A stretch of 62,964 bases of DNA, the filler included, from Nemertoderma westbladi (Eukaryota; Animalia; Xenacoelomorpha): assembly GCA_032718475.1 (NCBI GenBank). It is 3 parts of 3 records of this genome, joined end to end, with 100 filler letters (N's around TTAATTAATTAA, not from the genome) between each part and the next. Parts side by side here need not be neighbours in the genome. Positions count along the whole stretch, not along the records: positions 1 to 28,218 come from JAUCBJ010000659.1; 2 more parts are not named here. One strand, given 5' to 3'. This document shows, in pieces, positions 1-12,446 of this stretch. Every line of letters starts with the position of its first letter. The stretch's first letter is position 1. The notes under the pieces are model-generated. The model ran no database searches. It worked only from the letters and a program-made list of their open reading frames with translations, and was not told the DNA's origin. The translations under genes and the position numbers were made by a program.

Positions 1-1163
1 AATTACGCAGTACTGTTTGGTAACTGAAGAAAATAATTAATTGTGCAGGCGCACTGGTAACTTTAATAAATAATTAATTAACTTCGGAAAATAATAATTA
101 TCTTATTTTATTAACTCCTCCAGTCCTCCTAGCTAAGTAGTCAGGCAGGCATTCAGCACTCAGGCTCAAGCAGTCTTTGAAACTTAGCTTAGTACAGCTA
201 TTACCGGCACTCTTACACTGTCAATCAAAAGCACCCTGTTGTTGTTGTAGGTTTACTCAAGGCTGTATTTCCTTGCATGTAGCCGCATTATATCCAGCCC
301 TCAGATGAGTGTCCGAGATTCCTGTCGGCGGCTTTGATCATAAAGCAAGCTGGATAAAATTTACAAACTCCCCAAGCCACCCCTCAAACGGGTGGAATTT
401 AGCCCAGAAGAACGAATTAGGACACCCATTAAAGGGCTGGATTGTCCACCCGTCTAACGGGTGAAAGTTCCTAGCTGAATTGGATGGATGGATGGATAGG
501 ATATTAAGATCTAACATATTCTTAATTATCTCGAGAATTAATTAGGCCTAATTAATTAGCGCGTAACTTTCCTTTTCCATGGCCGATACACATATAAGCC
601 ATCATACAAAATTGTCTAACGATCCACCGAAGCGTTTAGCGTTTAGGCGGAGATAGAGCTACGACATACATAGCCCGTTCACAATTGTATTATAGATTTA
701 TGTACCTACAGCTAGGCCTACAGACTGACAGACCTAATTAACTGATTACCGGTAATTAATTTTAAAGTAAAGTCAGAAAGTAAGCCTATAAAAGTCATAT
801 CAGCATATAGGCCTAACTGCCTAATTCCAATTATGCCTAACTGCCTAAGTACCGTACCGGTCAGCCGGTATTAAACTATTCTATTTTTACACATCTGCAC
901 ATTATTAATTATTATAATACAGTAATAAATATATTTTTAATAAATACTCTAACTTCTGACTGTCTGAACGTTTACTATTTTTGCGCTACAGTAGGCCTAT
1001 ATAATTATTAAATTATCTCCAGATTCGTATGTAATTATTGTTGAATTTATATACCGGCAGACCAGCAGACCGGTACCTGTATACCGTACCGGTCAGCCGG
1101 TCTGCCGGTACAGTTTATTTCCCGATTCAAAATCTTGTAAACTTTTATCACTCTACATGATTA

Positions 1164-1731
1164 AACCATTCAGCCATTTGCCCCGCTTGGGCAGTTGGGG
1201 GGGGGGGGGGGGGGGGGGGCTGGGGGCTGGGCTATCTTTGTTTTAAAAAAATATGCCCTAGCTGCCTAGGGCTGTAGGGCCTACCTACCTAGCACTAATT
1301 AATGTTGATAAGGACTGAAGGAGCGGTATGACTGTATGAGGACTAACGTGTTTCAGGGCCTCCACCTGCTGCAGTTGGCCCTATAGTACTGCAGTAACAG
1401 TACATACAGTGTGCTACAGCTGTACGTACTGACGCATGCTGTATGCAGTACCAGTCTGCCAGTCTGCCGGTACTGTCTGACTGTAGTACTGCAGTACTGG
1501 CAGACTCATTCAGTGTTGACCGTTGAACCATTTCTGAATTTTGTTTTACAGTTTTATGTTATCAAACTCAGAAACTGCTTACGGTACCTTATTGTTGTAC
1601 CTATTTTACTAGGCCTACGTTGTACAGCATAACACAACACAGTCTGACAGTAACAGGATAATAAATAATGATTGTTCGTTTGGTTTGGTTGACCTTCTCA
1701 CATTTCCTTTGGCAAATGGCTGAATGGTTCC
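1164..1731. mobile_element. Probable PIF/Harbinger-type MITE
   Basis: Perfect 19-bp inverted repeat AACCATTCAGCCATTTGCC (1164) / GGCAAATGGCTGAATGGTT (1711-1729). TTA lies on both sides if the left end has lost GG. Internal G-run as in the 39227 element. Confidence 0.5.
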
Positions 1732-2445
1732 TTACCCGTGTAGCAGTAGCAGAGAATTACGTCACACATATTACACACCCTTAAATTTACCAATCGTTAG
1801 CCTAGAATCTAAAATGCTACTGTACAACCATGGCCTACTTTATAAGAGGCCATGACTGCATGACAACGCACGGGCAAATAGCTGACTTGGAGGCCACTTT
1901 GTTTATGGGTGTAAGTCGGAATATATGGTAGATACAAACTTCTAACCTTTACCTACCCCCACTAAGTCGATGCTGAGGATCTCAAATATCATATTTAAAA
2001 TTGTTTATCTCGAGACCCTGTTGCTATGGCAACATCTAATCAGTGGATACCGGTTGACCGGTATTTGTCTGTCTGTATAGCATGTAGCCTATATCTGTAT
2101 ATGCCTAGTTTCTAGTGGGGCGGCCTACTTCATGTGTACTTCTGTATTCTGTTTTCTTCCAAATGTATAGCACATAGTACTTATCCTTTATCGGTGCCTG
2201 TGACCACTTATGGCTTAATACTCCTTGCTTAATACATAGGGCCTATTGTTGTTTGTGATACCGGTACCTCGTTTTATTATGTTTGACAGGTGATGTGGTA
2301 GGCCTAGCCTATTAATTCGGTAATTACCGTCTGAGATCTGACCGTGACCGACAGATTGAACAGTTGAAGCAGTAATCATCGCCTCGGAGTCCTTACTTAC
2401 CTGCATTCAGTATTTACATGCGGTTTTCTAGTTGCATTGCATGCG

Positions 2446-2793
2446 ATGCCTAGAAAGTGCTGCGTTCCACTTTGTCGCTCCAACTATGCAAATGAATCAC
2501 CGGTAACCGTTTATCGAGTTCCTAGTGGCGAGCCGTACCATTCTCAATGGATGAGCGTTCTATTGAAAGTTCGCCAAAATTTAATTGTCTCCAAGCACAC
2601 AGTTGTGTGTGAACTGCATTGGCCGGAGGGGTTTTCCCAACGTAGGGCTTTTCGCTCACAGAAATTAATTCCTGTCGAACCCCCCTCGATATGGCCTCAG
2701 ATTTCTCCAAGTTGCTGTCCCATATCTCAGCCAAAACTGCGCGATGTATCTAAAGCCTTGGTTAACCACTCAGGGAACATTTCTTTTGTTTGA
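2446..2793 (+). CDS. THAP zinc-finger protein (N-terminal part of P transposase, ~115 aa)
   Basis: MPRKCCVPLC...P...W...VVCELHW...P C2CH THAP signature, starting at ATG 2446. Confidence 0.85.
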   Translation: MPRKCCVPLCRSNYANESPVTVYRVPSGEPYHSQWMSVLLKVRQNLIVSKHTVVCELHWPEGFSQRRAFRSQKLIPVEPPSIWPQISPSCCPISQPKLRDVSKALVNHSGNISFV

Positions 2794-4036
2794 TTTTGTT
2801 CACTTGATTAAATCAATTCGCAATAATTGGATCACTGAAAAGAACCAGGCAATAAACCTCGATGGCAAGATAGCCAATTGGTCGAGTATTAGAAGTTTAT
2901 ACGAGTCTGAGAAGTCCAATGTTGTTAAAATTGGTCATCGACTTATTCACAAAGCTGTATACCCGAAACCTATTGAGAGACAAGACGTTTGTTTAATGCT
3001 TCGAGTATTTTGTGACGAAACTGTAACAGCTTTACGTACTCATACGAAATCAAACAAAACTGACAAAGACACGGCAGATTTCATAGAAGTTTTTGTGAAG
3101 GCATTCAAGATATTAAATGTGAAGTCCAAGAACGAGGCTATACATTTAAATGATGAATGGCGGAGTCCCATATCAGATCCTGGTGATAAACGGTTGGATA
3201 TACTGCTCGATATAGCTTCTAATGTTGAGAAAATGAGGTGTGTAAATGGTAAAACTCGCTATCAGACATTTACAACAGATACAGCTAGCGCCATTGTTCA
3301 TACGTTTCGTGGTTTTGTAGATTTGGTGAAATCGTTACTTCAACGCAATTTCGATTATGTTTTGTGTGGTAATTTTACCACTGATCCACTGGAAAAAGCT
3401 TTCGGTCGGATTCGCCAGTCAGCGGGAGGAACATACTTCATTGCAGCAGTGCAAGCCCTTCAGTATTACCAAATACAAAAAACAAAACTGTTAGCCTCAA
3501 TTAATTTCGAGTTTCTCCGACATGAGCAGTCAACAACGCAGAGCGATTACGACTCACATAAATGCTCTAAATGTAATGTCACATTGACTGAATTTATTGT
3601 AGATCTCGTCGAGACACTACCTATGTGTGAAGATGAGATAAATGTTGACACTAAACAAGCGTTGTACTTTATTGCCGGTTATCTTCAGCGATCTTTACCG
3701 GAGAATACTAACATAGACCCTTCTACAGTTGTCTATACAGAGTACAGCACCTATTTGAAAGAGCTAGACCGAGGTCGCCTTACTACACCATCAGATATAC
3801 TAGTGCAGTTTACCTTTTTTTGTTTTATTTTTTTTCTTAACATCAGTGTGCTTTCAGTTTGCCGGAGAAGTCTTTGCAGCTACTTTAGCTTTGTGTCAAG
3901 CCAATATTTTGATGGTGAGATTCCACAAGTGTGTCTAATGAAGCTAACGAATATTTTTTTAAACAATCAAACGAAACTCCTTACACCATTGTCTTCGAAG
4001 GAATCTTCTACTAAGAAACTAAAGTTGTCACTATAG
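2744..4036 (+). pseudogene. C-terminal half of P-element transposase, out of frame with the THAP ORF
   Basis: FDFVHLIKSIRNN (DxxH motif), TTDPLEKAFGRIRQSAGG (catalytic E region), YFIAGYL and DRGRLTTPS C-terminal motifs. The region carrying the first two catalytic Asp is absent. Confidence 0.85.
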
Positions 4037-5289
4037 TTCTTATTTTTCTACTTATTTGATTTACTTTTACTGTAACTTATACGCAACTTATATATTTGAT
4101 TTAAGTATTATTTTCATTTTTTTAATGGAAGTTCAACCGGATACTGATCAACCGGTATCCACTGATTAGATGTTTCCATAGCAACAGGGCCTCGAGATAA
4201 ACAATTTTAAATATTATATTTTAGATCCTCAGCATCGACTTAGTGGGGGTAGGTAAAGGTTAGAAGTTTGTATCTACCATATATTCCGACTTACACCCAT
4301 AAACAAAGTGGCCTCCAAGTCAGCTATTTGCCCGTGCGTTGTCATGGCCTCTTATAAAGTAGGCCATGTGTACAACACAAGCTGATGGCTGACAAGCTTT
4401 TTCACTAAAATGTTCCAAAACTGAGGATGATTTTAAACTTCTCAGATAATATTTATAAGATCAGATATTATCTATTTATGATCTTTCTGAGACGAACACA
4501 ATGGTTGTACAGTAGCTTCCAATATCTTTCAGCAAAATGTTAAGAAAAATTTCGGGTTGAAAGAGCGTCCTTTACTATAATGAAAACGTCCAGAATCAAT
4601 GCTGTGGCCTTTTTCTCCAGGTTCAAAGTTCTCTGAATCTGAAATGCCGTATGGGGTTTTGGGTGTAACTGCAAGACCGGGGGGGTACTGGACGCAAATC
4701 CCATGTCAGCGAATTAATATCACTCCTCATTAAAGATAGGAGCCTGTTACAGTGGTACATTTATAACCAAAACAATAAACGAAAGTCAATAGAACAGGTA
4801 ACAGGTTACAGTTTTATTTTGAGAGTAATCAGCTGTTATTTGTATGGAATTTCCCCTGGATGGAGAGGGGATGAATGTTTATTGGGTCTGGAGTCTCCCT
4901 TTGTTGACACTCATATACTGTAGCACCTCTCTGTAGCTTATAGACTGCATAGTGCATACCTACAGTGGCCTGTTGCACTAACACATTAGTTTAAAGCCGA
5001 CAGCCCCAAAAACCATGCCGCCCCAATACTCGATGACGTCATACACCTTCCATGTTTGCCGATATTCTCGTTTTCTTGAGCAGCCGCGCCCTGTGAAAAA
5101 TGCGCATGCGTATCGCAAGTTATTATAAAGCGTCAGGCGTTTTTAATGTGGCTCGCATGCGAATCTCACCGTGATTTATACCATGAGAATACCATAAATT
5201 ATTTCCCATGCGAATCGCATTAAGATTTGTAGAAAAATAAGGGGAGGGGCCGTGTCACTGAATTAAGACACTACATTCTGGGACATGGT

Positions 5290-5352
5290 GAGTAGCGTAG
5301 TGGATAACGCGTCGGGTTATGAATGTAAAGGCCACTGTTTCTATTCTGGCCT
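5290..5352 (+). repeat. Degenerate tRNA-derived SINE head
   Basis: A-box-like TAGCGTAGTGG followed by a decayed tRNA-like body. No intact cloverleaf. Confidence 0.3.
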
Positions 5353-6715
5353 ATCTCAATTTTGTATGTTTTGGAAATGTGAAATAGTTATAGCGCGTAT
5401 TCGTATGACGATATTACCTGGAATTGAAGCTACAGTATGACATACTGGACACGTTCGTGGGGCCTTCGCGCAGCACGAAAGCCTATATTAGAATGTACAT
5501 TATACTAATCTCTATTAGATATACGAAAACTGTCTTTCCTAAAATATATATGAGTGAAGGCGATGCTATCAGTTTGTGATAAATTAGTTGTAGAAACAGA
5601 GATCCATTTCAGTTTGCCCTGACACACTTCAACTGTCATTTGTAAACCTTCTAACTAGGGCTATTTAAGTTAAGTATGAAATTTTTAGTTTTACAATACT
5701 CTTCTCCTTCATTAGCGTCGTTCCGCTCGTCCTGTTTTGTCTTAAAATATTTTCTCTAAACGGAGACTAACGACCTTTATAACTATGCAAAGTCTCGAAA
5801 CTGTGTGAGTAACTGCTGATTTATGGCAGATGGATACTCGTATGCACTGTAAACTCGTTGCGTTCGTTTGTTTTTGACCAAACTTGAGATTCTATCTAAA
5901 CTTTTTCCAGACTACATATGTACCAAGTATCGTTTAATTTCATCAAGGAATAACCGAGTTATTAGCCATCAAAAATTAACGACAACAGACGACGACGACA
6001 GACAACTCGTTAATGGCACCCATATGCTAAGGCTTCGCTCACTTCGTGGCTCGCCCCACATACAGTACTGTACATACATGGAAATAATGTCGCACTGTGA
6101 TATAAAGTTGGAAAAATCGCCGTGGCGATTTGGTAGTGGGAACTTTATTCAATACAAATTAAATAAAATGTTACAAAATAAATTGAACTGTGTAGGCCCT
6201 AGTATTTTACTACAGATTGCTCACATTGTCAATCTAGCAAAACACCCACAATTATTTTGCACGCAATCAATCCGAACCACATATTTTGGATTCTATATTA
6301 CCTTGCTAATTACCAAAAAATTATACAAAATTTTATTTTGTGGATCATATGTTTATTGAAGGAAATTCTGCGTAAATCTGCATAACACAAGCCAAACAAA
6401 TGGAACAGTAGGAAAAAGTAAGTAGCAAATTTGTGATGTTCCAGAATAATTAAATTAATTTCACAATAAGCTGTGATTCAATGGAAAATGAGTAATATTT
6501 ACACTGGCGTGTTACACATTAATTGCTATATCTCGGAAACTAGAAGTCGCATCAAATTTTTAAATATATCAAAAATTTCACGATTTATTAAGACGAATAA
6601 TATAATATAATAATAAAACGAATAAAAATTATACAACTCTGAAAGAGGACAAAATTACCGAAAGCTAACAAAAGCTACCGAAAGTTATGCGAAAGCTATC
6701 GAAAAGGCTAAAGCA

Positions 6716-7666
6716 GGGGCGAAAGCTATCCATTTACTGTTAGGGGGCGAAAGCTATCCATTTCCTGATAGGGGGCGAAAGCTATCCATTTACTGATAGG
6801 GGGCGAAAGCTATCCATTTACTGATAGGGGGCGAAAGCTATCCATTTACTGATAGGGGGCGAAAGCTATCCATTTACTGATAGGGGGCGGAAGCTATCCA
6901 TTTACTGATAGGGGGCGAAAGCTATCCATTTACAGATAGGGGGCGAAAGCTATCCATTTACTGATAGGGGGCGAAAGCTATCCATTTACTGATAGGGGGC
7001 GAAAGCTATCCATTTACTGATAGGGGGCGAAAGCTATCCATTTACTGATAGGGGGAGAAAGCTATCCATTTACTGATAGGGGGCGAAAGCTATCCATTTA
7101 CTGATAGGGGGCGAAAGCTATCCATTTACTGATAGGGGGCGAAAGCTATCCATTTACTGATAGGGGCGAAAGCTATCCATTTACTGATAGGGGGTGAAAG
7201 CTATCCATTTACTGATAGGGGGGCGAAAGCTATCCATTTACTGATAGGGGGCGAAAGCTATCCATTTACTGATAGGGGCGAAAGCTATCCATTTACTGAT
7301 AGGGGGTGAAATCTATCCATTTACTGATAGGGGGCGAAAGCTATCCATTTACTGATAGGGGGCGAAAGCTATCCATTTACTGATAGGGGGCGAAAGCTAT
7401 CCATTTACTGATAGGGGGCGAAAGCTATCCATTTACTGATAGGGGGCGAAAGCTATCCATTTACTGATAGGGGGCGAAAGCTATCCATTTACTGATAGGG
7501 GGTGAAAGCTATCCATTTACTGATAGGGGGCGAAAGCTATCCATTTACTGATAGGGGGCGAAAGCTATCCATTTACTGATAGGGGGTGAAAGCTATCCAT
7601 TTACTGATAGGGGGCGAAAGCTATCCATTTACTGATAGGGGGCGAAAGCTATCCATTTACTGATAG
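6716..7666. repeat. 28-bp minisatellite, ~34 copies (GGGGGCGAAAGCTATCCATTTACTGATA)
   Basis: Directly visible tandem array with period 28. Confidence 0.97.
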
Positions 7667-7726
7667 CAAAAATCAAAAGTAAAAAAAGTTAAAATCACAT
7701 AAAAGTAAAAGAAACTTCAACTGCGA

Positions 7727-7945
7727 AATATTTAGGCATTCACATTGATAGCAAATTGTCATGGAAGACCCATATTGGAGTAACGCTTAATAAAATGTCT
7801 AAAATAGGTGGATTATTTTATAAAATACGACATTATTTTCCTATGAATATACTGCGCATCATTATTACTTTTCCCTGGTTCATCCTTATTTACAGTACTA
7901 GTATCTACTGCATTATACTAGAGATACTACTGTGGATGCACAAAA
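7727..7945 (+). mobile_element. CR1/L2-group LINE remnant (end of RT region)
   Basis: Translates KYLGIHIDSKLSWKTHI...LNKMSKIGGLFYKIRHY, typical post-RT LINE motifs, then decays. Confidence 0.75.
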
Positions 7946-9299
7946 ATTTAGTTTATTAAAATTTTTGATTTTATCAAATAAAAGTATTAAATATACCCCC
8001 CCCCCCCCGCCCCATCCCAACGCCTTGATAGTGTAGTATAAATGTAGTACTCAATACAATATAATAAAAAATAGTACAGTATAATTCTATCAATATAAAG
8101 GACGGTGTTGACTCCCCCCCCCAACTTGTTGTTTTATGTCTTACAGCCTTGGAGTTTTATAGGCAATATACTGGTAACATTCGTAACTTCCCGGCAGGTG
8201 AAATGCCAGATATACCAGTTGCTCTATTGTATGTAGTACTAATTTACTGTCAGTATTGCCTTAGTTCCTTATTTTAGTTCTAATCTAATCCGCCTTAGTC
8301 TATTACATTGCAATGGTGCCGGGAACTGGAAAACAAAAGGGTTGGATGTTTTGAAGGAAATAATTTACTCCGTTTACATTTACATCAATTATGGAGAATA
8401 TTATTATTACCCAAATATGTATATTTTCCAAATATGCTTCGTTTCCTTTTCGTTTCGTTATGCCATCCATGCCTACAACTACCTCACAACAACTTCAACA
8501 CTACTATACTAAAATCAGTATACAATAATCATCCAGGTATTAATTAATATAGAAGATTATTAATTATAGAAATTATTTTTTGGAAAAAATGAAATAAACG
8601 AAAAGTGCCATAGACGCAATGGTAAAATTACACCAATAACAGCTGGTGTTCATGATGAAAAATGGCTTACACCCTATGTAATGGATTTCTACTCAGGCTT
8701 AGTATAAATCGATGAGGTTGCCAAGATTATTGTACTTAGTACACCCATACTGTTTGCTTAGGCCCTACTGCCTAAACTCCGACACCCCTTACAAACATGT
8801 AAACTACTATTCTGCCGTCTTAAGGCAGAATGCCCTATCTCAAATTTTTCAAATTCAATTTCAAATTTTTACAGTTGACATACATAAAGTGAAAAATATC
8901 ATTATTTAATTGTTAATATTTTTAGAAAATGCATTAAGTAGATACAGATACCTCAGAACCACCGATCCGAGTCCAAATCGTAGCTATTGTGTGGGGGGGG
9001 GGGGGGGGGGGGGTGTAATTTGTTAATTAAAATTAAAAATTACTAGATCCGTAAAATTTTTAATATAATAAACTTAAACTGGGCGGTTATTGGTCATATA
9101 ATACAAGGCATTACTTATTACACGACGATATAAAATTACAGACGACACCATATTCATAACCAAAAATATTATAACAGCAGTTCAATTAATCTATGTAATT
9201 ATTGTCTGCATAAGTTGTAGTTGCAATCCATAAATAGTTCAAAGAGTTCCAAATAACTAGAGGCATTAATTGTGTTCCGTTGTGGCGTAGAACATTATA

Positions 9300-11870
9300 C
9301 TCTAGTTTAGTGAGGTGTACTGTAACTGTTAAAGTGAAGGCTACGGCAATGCAGTGTACGGTCGTGTAGTGTAGTGTATTGTAGTATAGTGTACAATGTA
9401 GCGATTCAGTGTGCTGTACTGTTGTAGTGATCAATAGTGTAGAAAACAACAATTGCAGGTTATTGTGCTTTAGTATAGTGTGGGGTTGTACATTGTACTC
9501 TTGGGTAGTGTTCAGTTAATGGACTGTACGGCAGGCATAACGCATTAGTGTATTGTACTCATAGAGTTGTAATTGTGAACAAAAGTGTAGTGTATTGTAG
9601 AGTCCAGTACTGTAGATAACGGCTGCTTAGTGTACAGTAGTGCATTGTACTTTAGTATAGTAGTGTACACTGTACAGTAGTGTATTCTACTTTAGTATAG
9701 TGTATATTAGTGTATTGTATTTTTGTCTAGTGTACACGCAGTGTATTGTAATCGAGTGTAGTGTACGTACAGTAGTGTATTGTACTTTAGTGTAGTGCAC
9801 ACTGCTCAGTAGTGTATTGTTGTACATTAGTATAGTTTACATTAGTGTATTGGACTTTAGTTTATTAGTGTACAGTAGTGTATTGGACTTTAGTGTAGTG
9901 AACAGTTTTAGTGTATTGCACTTTGGAATAGTGTATATTAGTGTAATATACTTTATTCTAGTGTACACGTAGTGTATTGTACATTAGTATAGTGTACATA
10001 TAGTGCATTGTACTTTAGTGTAATGTACAGTAGTGTATTGTAATTGAGTGCGTGTACAGGTTGTGCATTGTAATTGAGTGTAGTGTACGTACAGTAATGC
10101 ATTGTACTTTAGTGTAGTGTACATTAGTGTATTGTACTTTATTGTTGTAGTGTACAGGTTGTGTATTGTAATCGAGTGTAGTTTACGTACAGTAGTGTAT
10201 TGTACGTTAGAGTAGTGTACAGTTAGTGCATTGTACTTTAGTGTAGTTTACAGTAGTGAATTGTACTTTTGTGTGGTGTACAGGTTGCGTAATGTAATCG
10301 AGTGTCGTGTATATAAAGTTTGTGTATTGTATTTTAGTGTAGTGTACAGTTAGTGTATTTACTTTAGTATAGTGTACATGTGCAGTAGTGTGTTGTACTT
10401 CAGTGTAGTGTACAGTTAGTGTATTGTACTTTAGTGTAGTGTACATTTTGTATATAGTACTTTAGTGTAGTGTACTGTTAGTGTATTTACTTTAGTATAG
10501 TGTACGTCAGTGTGTTGTACTTTAGTGTATTGTACAGTAGTGCATTGTGCAGTAGTGTATTGTACAGTGTGGAGTACAGGTTGTGCATTTTATCGAGTGT
10601 AGTGTACGTACAGTAGTGTATTGTACTTTAGTGTAGTGTACAGTTAGTGTATTGTACTTTAGTATAGTGTACAGTAAGTAGTGTATTGTACTTTAGTGTA
10701 GTGTACAGTTAGTGCATTGTACTTTAGTGTAGTGCACAGTTAGTGTATTGTACTTTAGTGTAGTGTACAGTTAGTGTATTGTACTTTAGTGTAGTGTACA
10801 GTTAGTGTATTGTACTTTAGTGTAGTGTACAGTTAGTGTATTGTACTTTAGTGTAGTGTACAGTTAGTGCATTGTACTTTAGTGTAGTGTACAGTTAGTG
10901 TATTGTAATCAAGTGTAGTGTACATTAGTGCATTGTAGTTTAGTGTGGTGAACAGTTAGTGTATTGCACTTTAGTGTAGTGTACAGTTTGTTACAGTATT
11001 GTAATCGTGTGTAGTGTACGTGCAGTAGTGTATTATAATCTAGTGTAGTGTACATTAGTGTATCGTACATTAGTGTAGTGTACAGTTAGTGTATTGTACT
11101 TTAGTATAGTGTACAGTACAGTAGTGTATTGTACTTTAGTGTAGTGTACAGTTAGTGTATTGCACTTTAGTATAGTGTACAGTTAGTGTATTTACTTTAG
11201 TATAGTGTACAGTTAGTGTATTGTACTTTAGTGTAGTGTACAGTTAGTGTATTGTACTTTAGTGTAGTGTACAGTTAGTGCATTGTACTTTAGTGTAGTG
11301 TACAGTTAGTGTATTGTAATCAAGTGTAGTGTACATTAGTGCATTGTAGTTTAGTGTGGTGAACAGTTAGTGTATTGCACTTTAGTATAGTGTACAGTTA
11401 GTGTATTGTACTTTAGTGTAGTGTACCTGTACAGTTAGTGTATTGTAATCAAGTGTAGTGTACATTAGTGTATTGTACTTTAGTGTAGTGTACATTAGTG
11501 TATCGTACTTTAGTGTAATGTACAGTACTGTATTGTACTTTAGTTTAGTGTACAGTTAGTGTATTTACTTTAGTATAGTGTACAGTAATGTATTGTACAT
11601 TAGTGTAGTGTACAGTTAGTGTATTTACTTTAGTATAGTGTACAGTAGTGTATTGTAATCGAGTGTAGTGTACAGTTAGTGTATTTACTTTAGTATAGTG
11701 TACATGTGCAGTAGTGTGTTGTACTTCATTGTAGTGTACAGTTAGTGTATTTACTTTAGTATAGTGTACAGTTAGTGTATTTACTTTAGTATAGTGTACA
11801 GTACAGTTAGTGTATAGTAATCGAGTGTAGTGTACTGTACAGTAGTAACTGTACTGTAGTGTACAATAGT
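9300..11870. repeat. ~31-bp degenerate satellite (TAGTGTATTGTACTTTAGTGTAGTGTACAGT)
   Basis: Period 31 is clear at 10620-11450. More diverged toward the left edge. Confidence 0.93.
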
Positions 11871-12446
11871 GTATGGTATGGGAGTGTAACAGTAGGGTAG
11901 CGAGTACGAGTACGTATTAATAACGGGATGCACACACACAAGCACAAAGTCGGAGAGTTTGAAGATAATCTAGACAATTTAATTTCAGTTAAATGGCATA
12001 TATTATTACATATGATAATCGAATTATATATAATATATATAATATATTATTACAAATAGTTTGAAGGAAATCAAAAATACTTTCCGATATTTTCTGTGGT
12101 TTTCATAACAAAACGACTAAATATACAACCGGAAGTTACTTTATGTAGAACTTTGACTTAATGTAACCTTGTGAAAACTAATTGAAGAATGTGCGTACAT
12201 GTGGACTTTAATAAAACATCGAGTAACAACAGCTGATGTTGTTAAACAATGCAAAATGCAATGCAAGATGAGCAGTGAGCAGACAAATATACCAAATAAA
12301 TTGAGTTATTAAAACATAGTAATTATCTATAAAACAGGAATGGGAACAGATACAGGTGGGAATAAATGTAATGGGGGATATGATGAATGCAACACTGAGA
12401 CAGTTAATGCAAACCAACTGCACTTACTATGTAGTGCGACTGGGTC

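Larger units (their letters stand above)
1829..4368 (+). mobile_element. P-element superfamily (THAP9-like) DNA transposon, internally deleted
   Basis: 8-bp TSD TGTACAAC (1821-1828, 4369-4376). CATG termini. Near-identical TIRs at 1829-2057 and 4148-4368. THAP and transposase coding remnants inside. Confidence 0.93.

Noticed and set aside
291-356. Stem TATCCAGC...GCTGGATA with an inner hairpin, possible ribozyme or ncRNA
   Set aside because: No hammerhead CTGATGA/GAAA core or other recognisable ncRNA motif on either strand.
6716-7666. CRISPR-like 28-bp repeats
   Set aside because: No spacers and no cas genes. Head-to-tail minisatellite in eukaryotic DNA. The same applies to the 31-32-bp repeats at 16178, 19340 and 51685.
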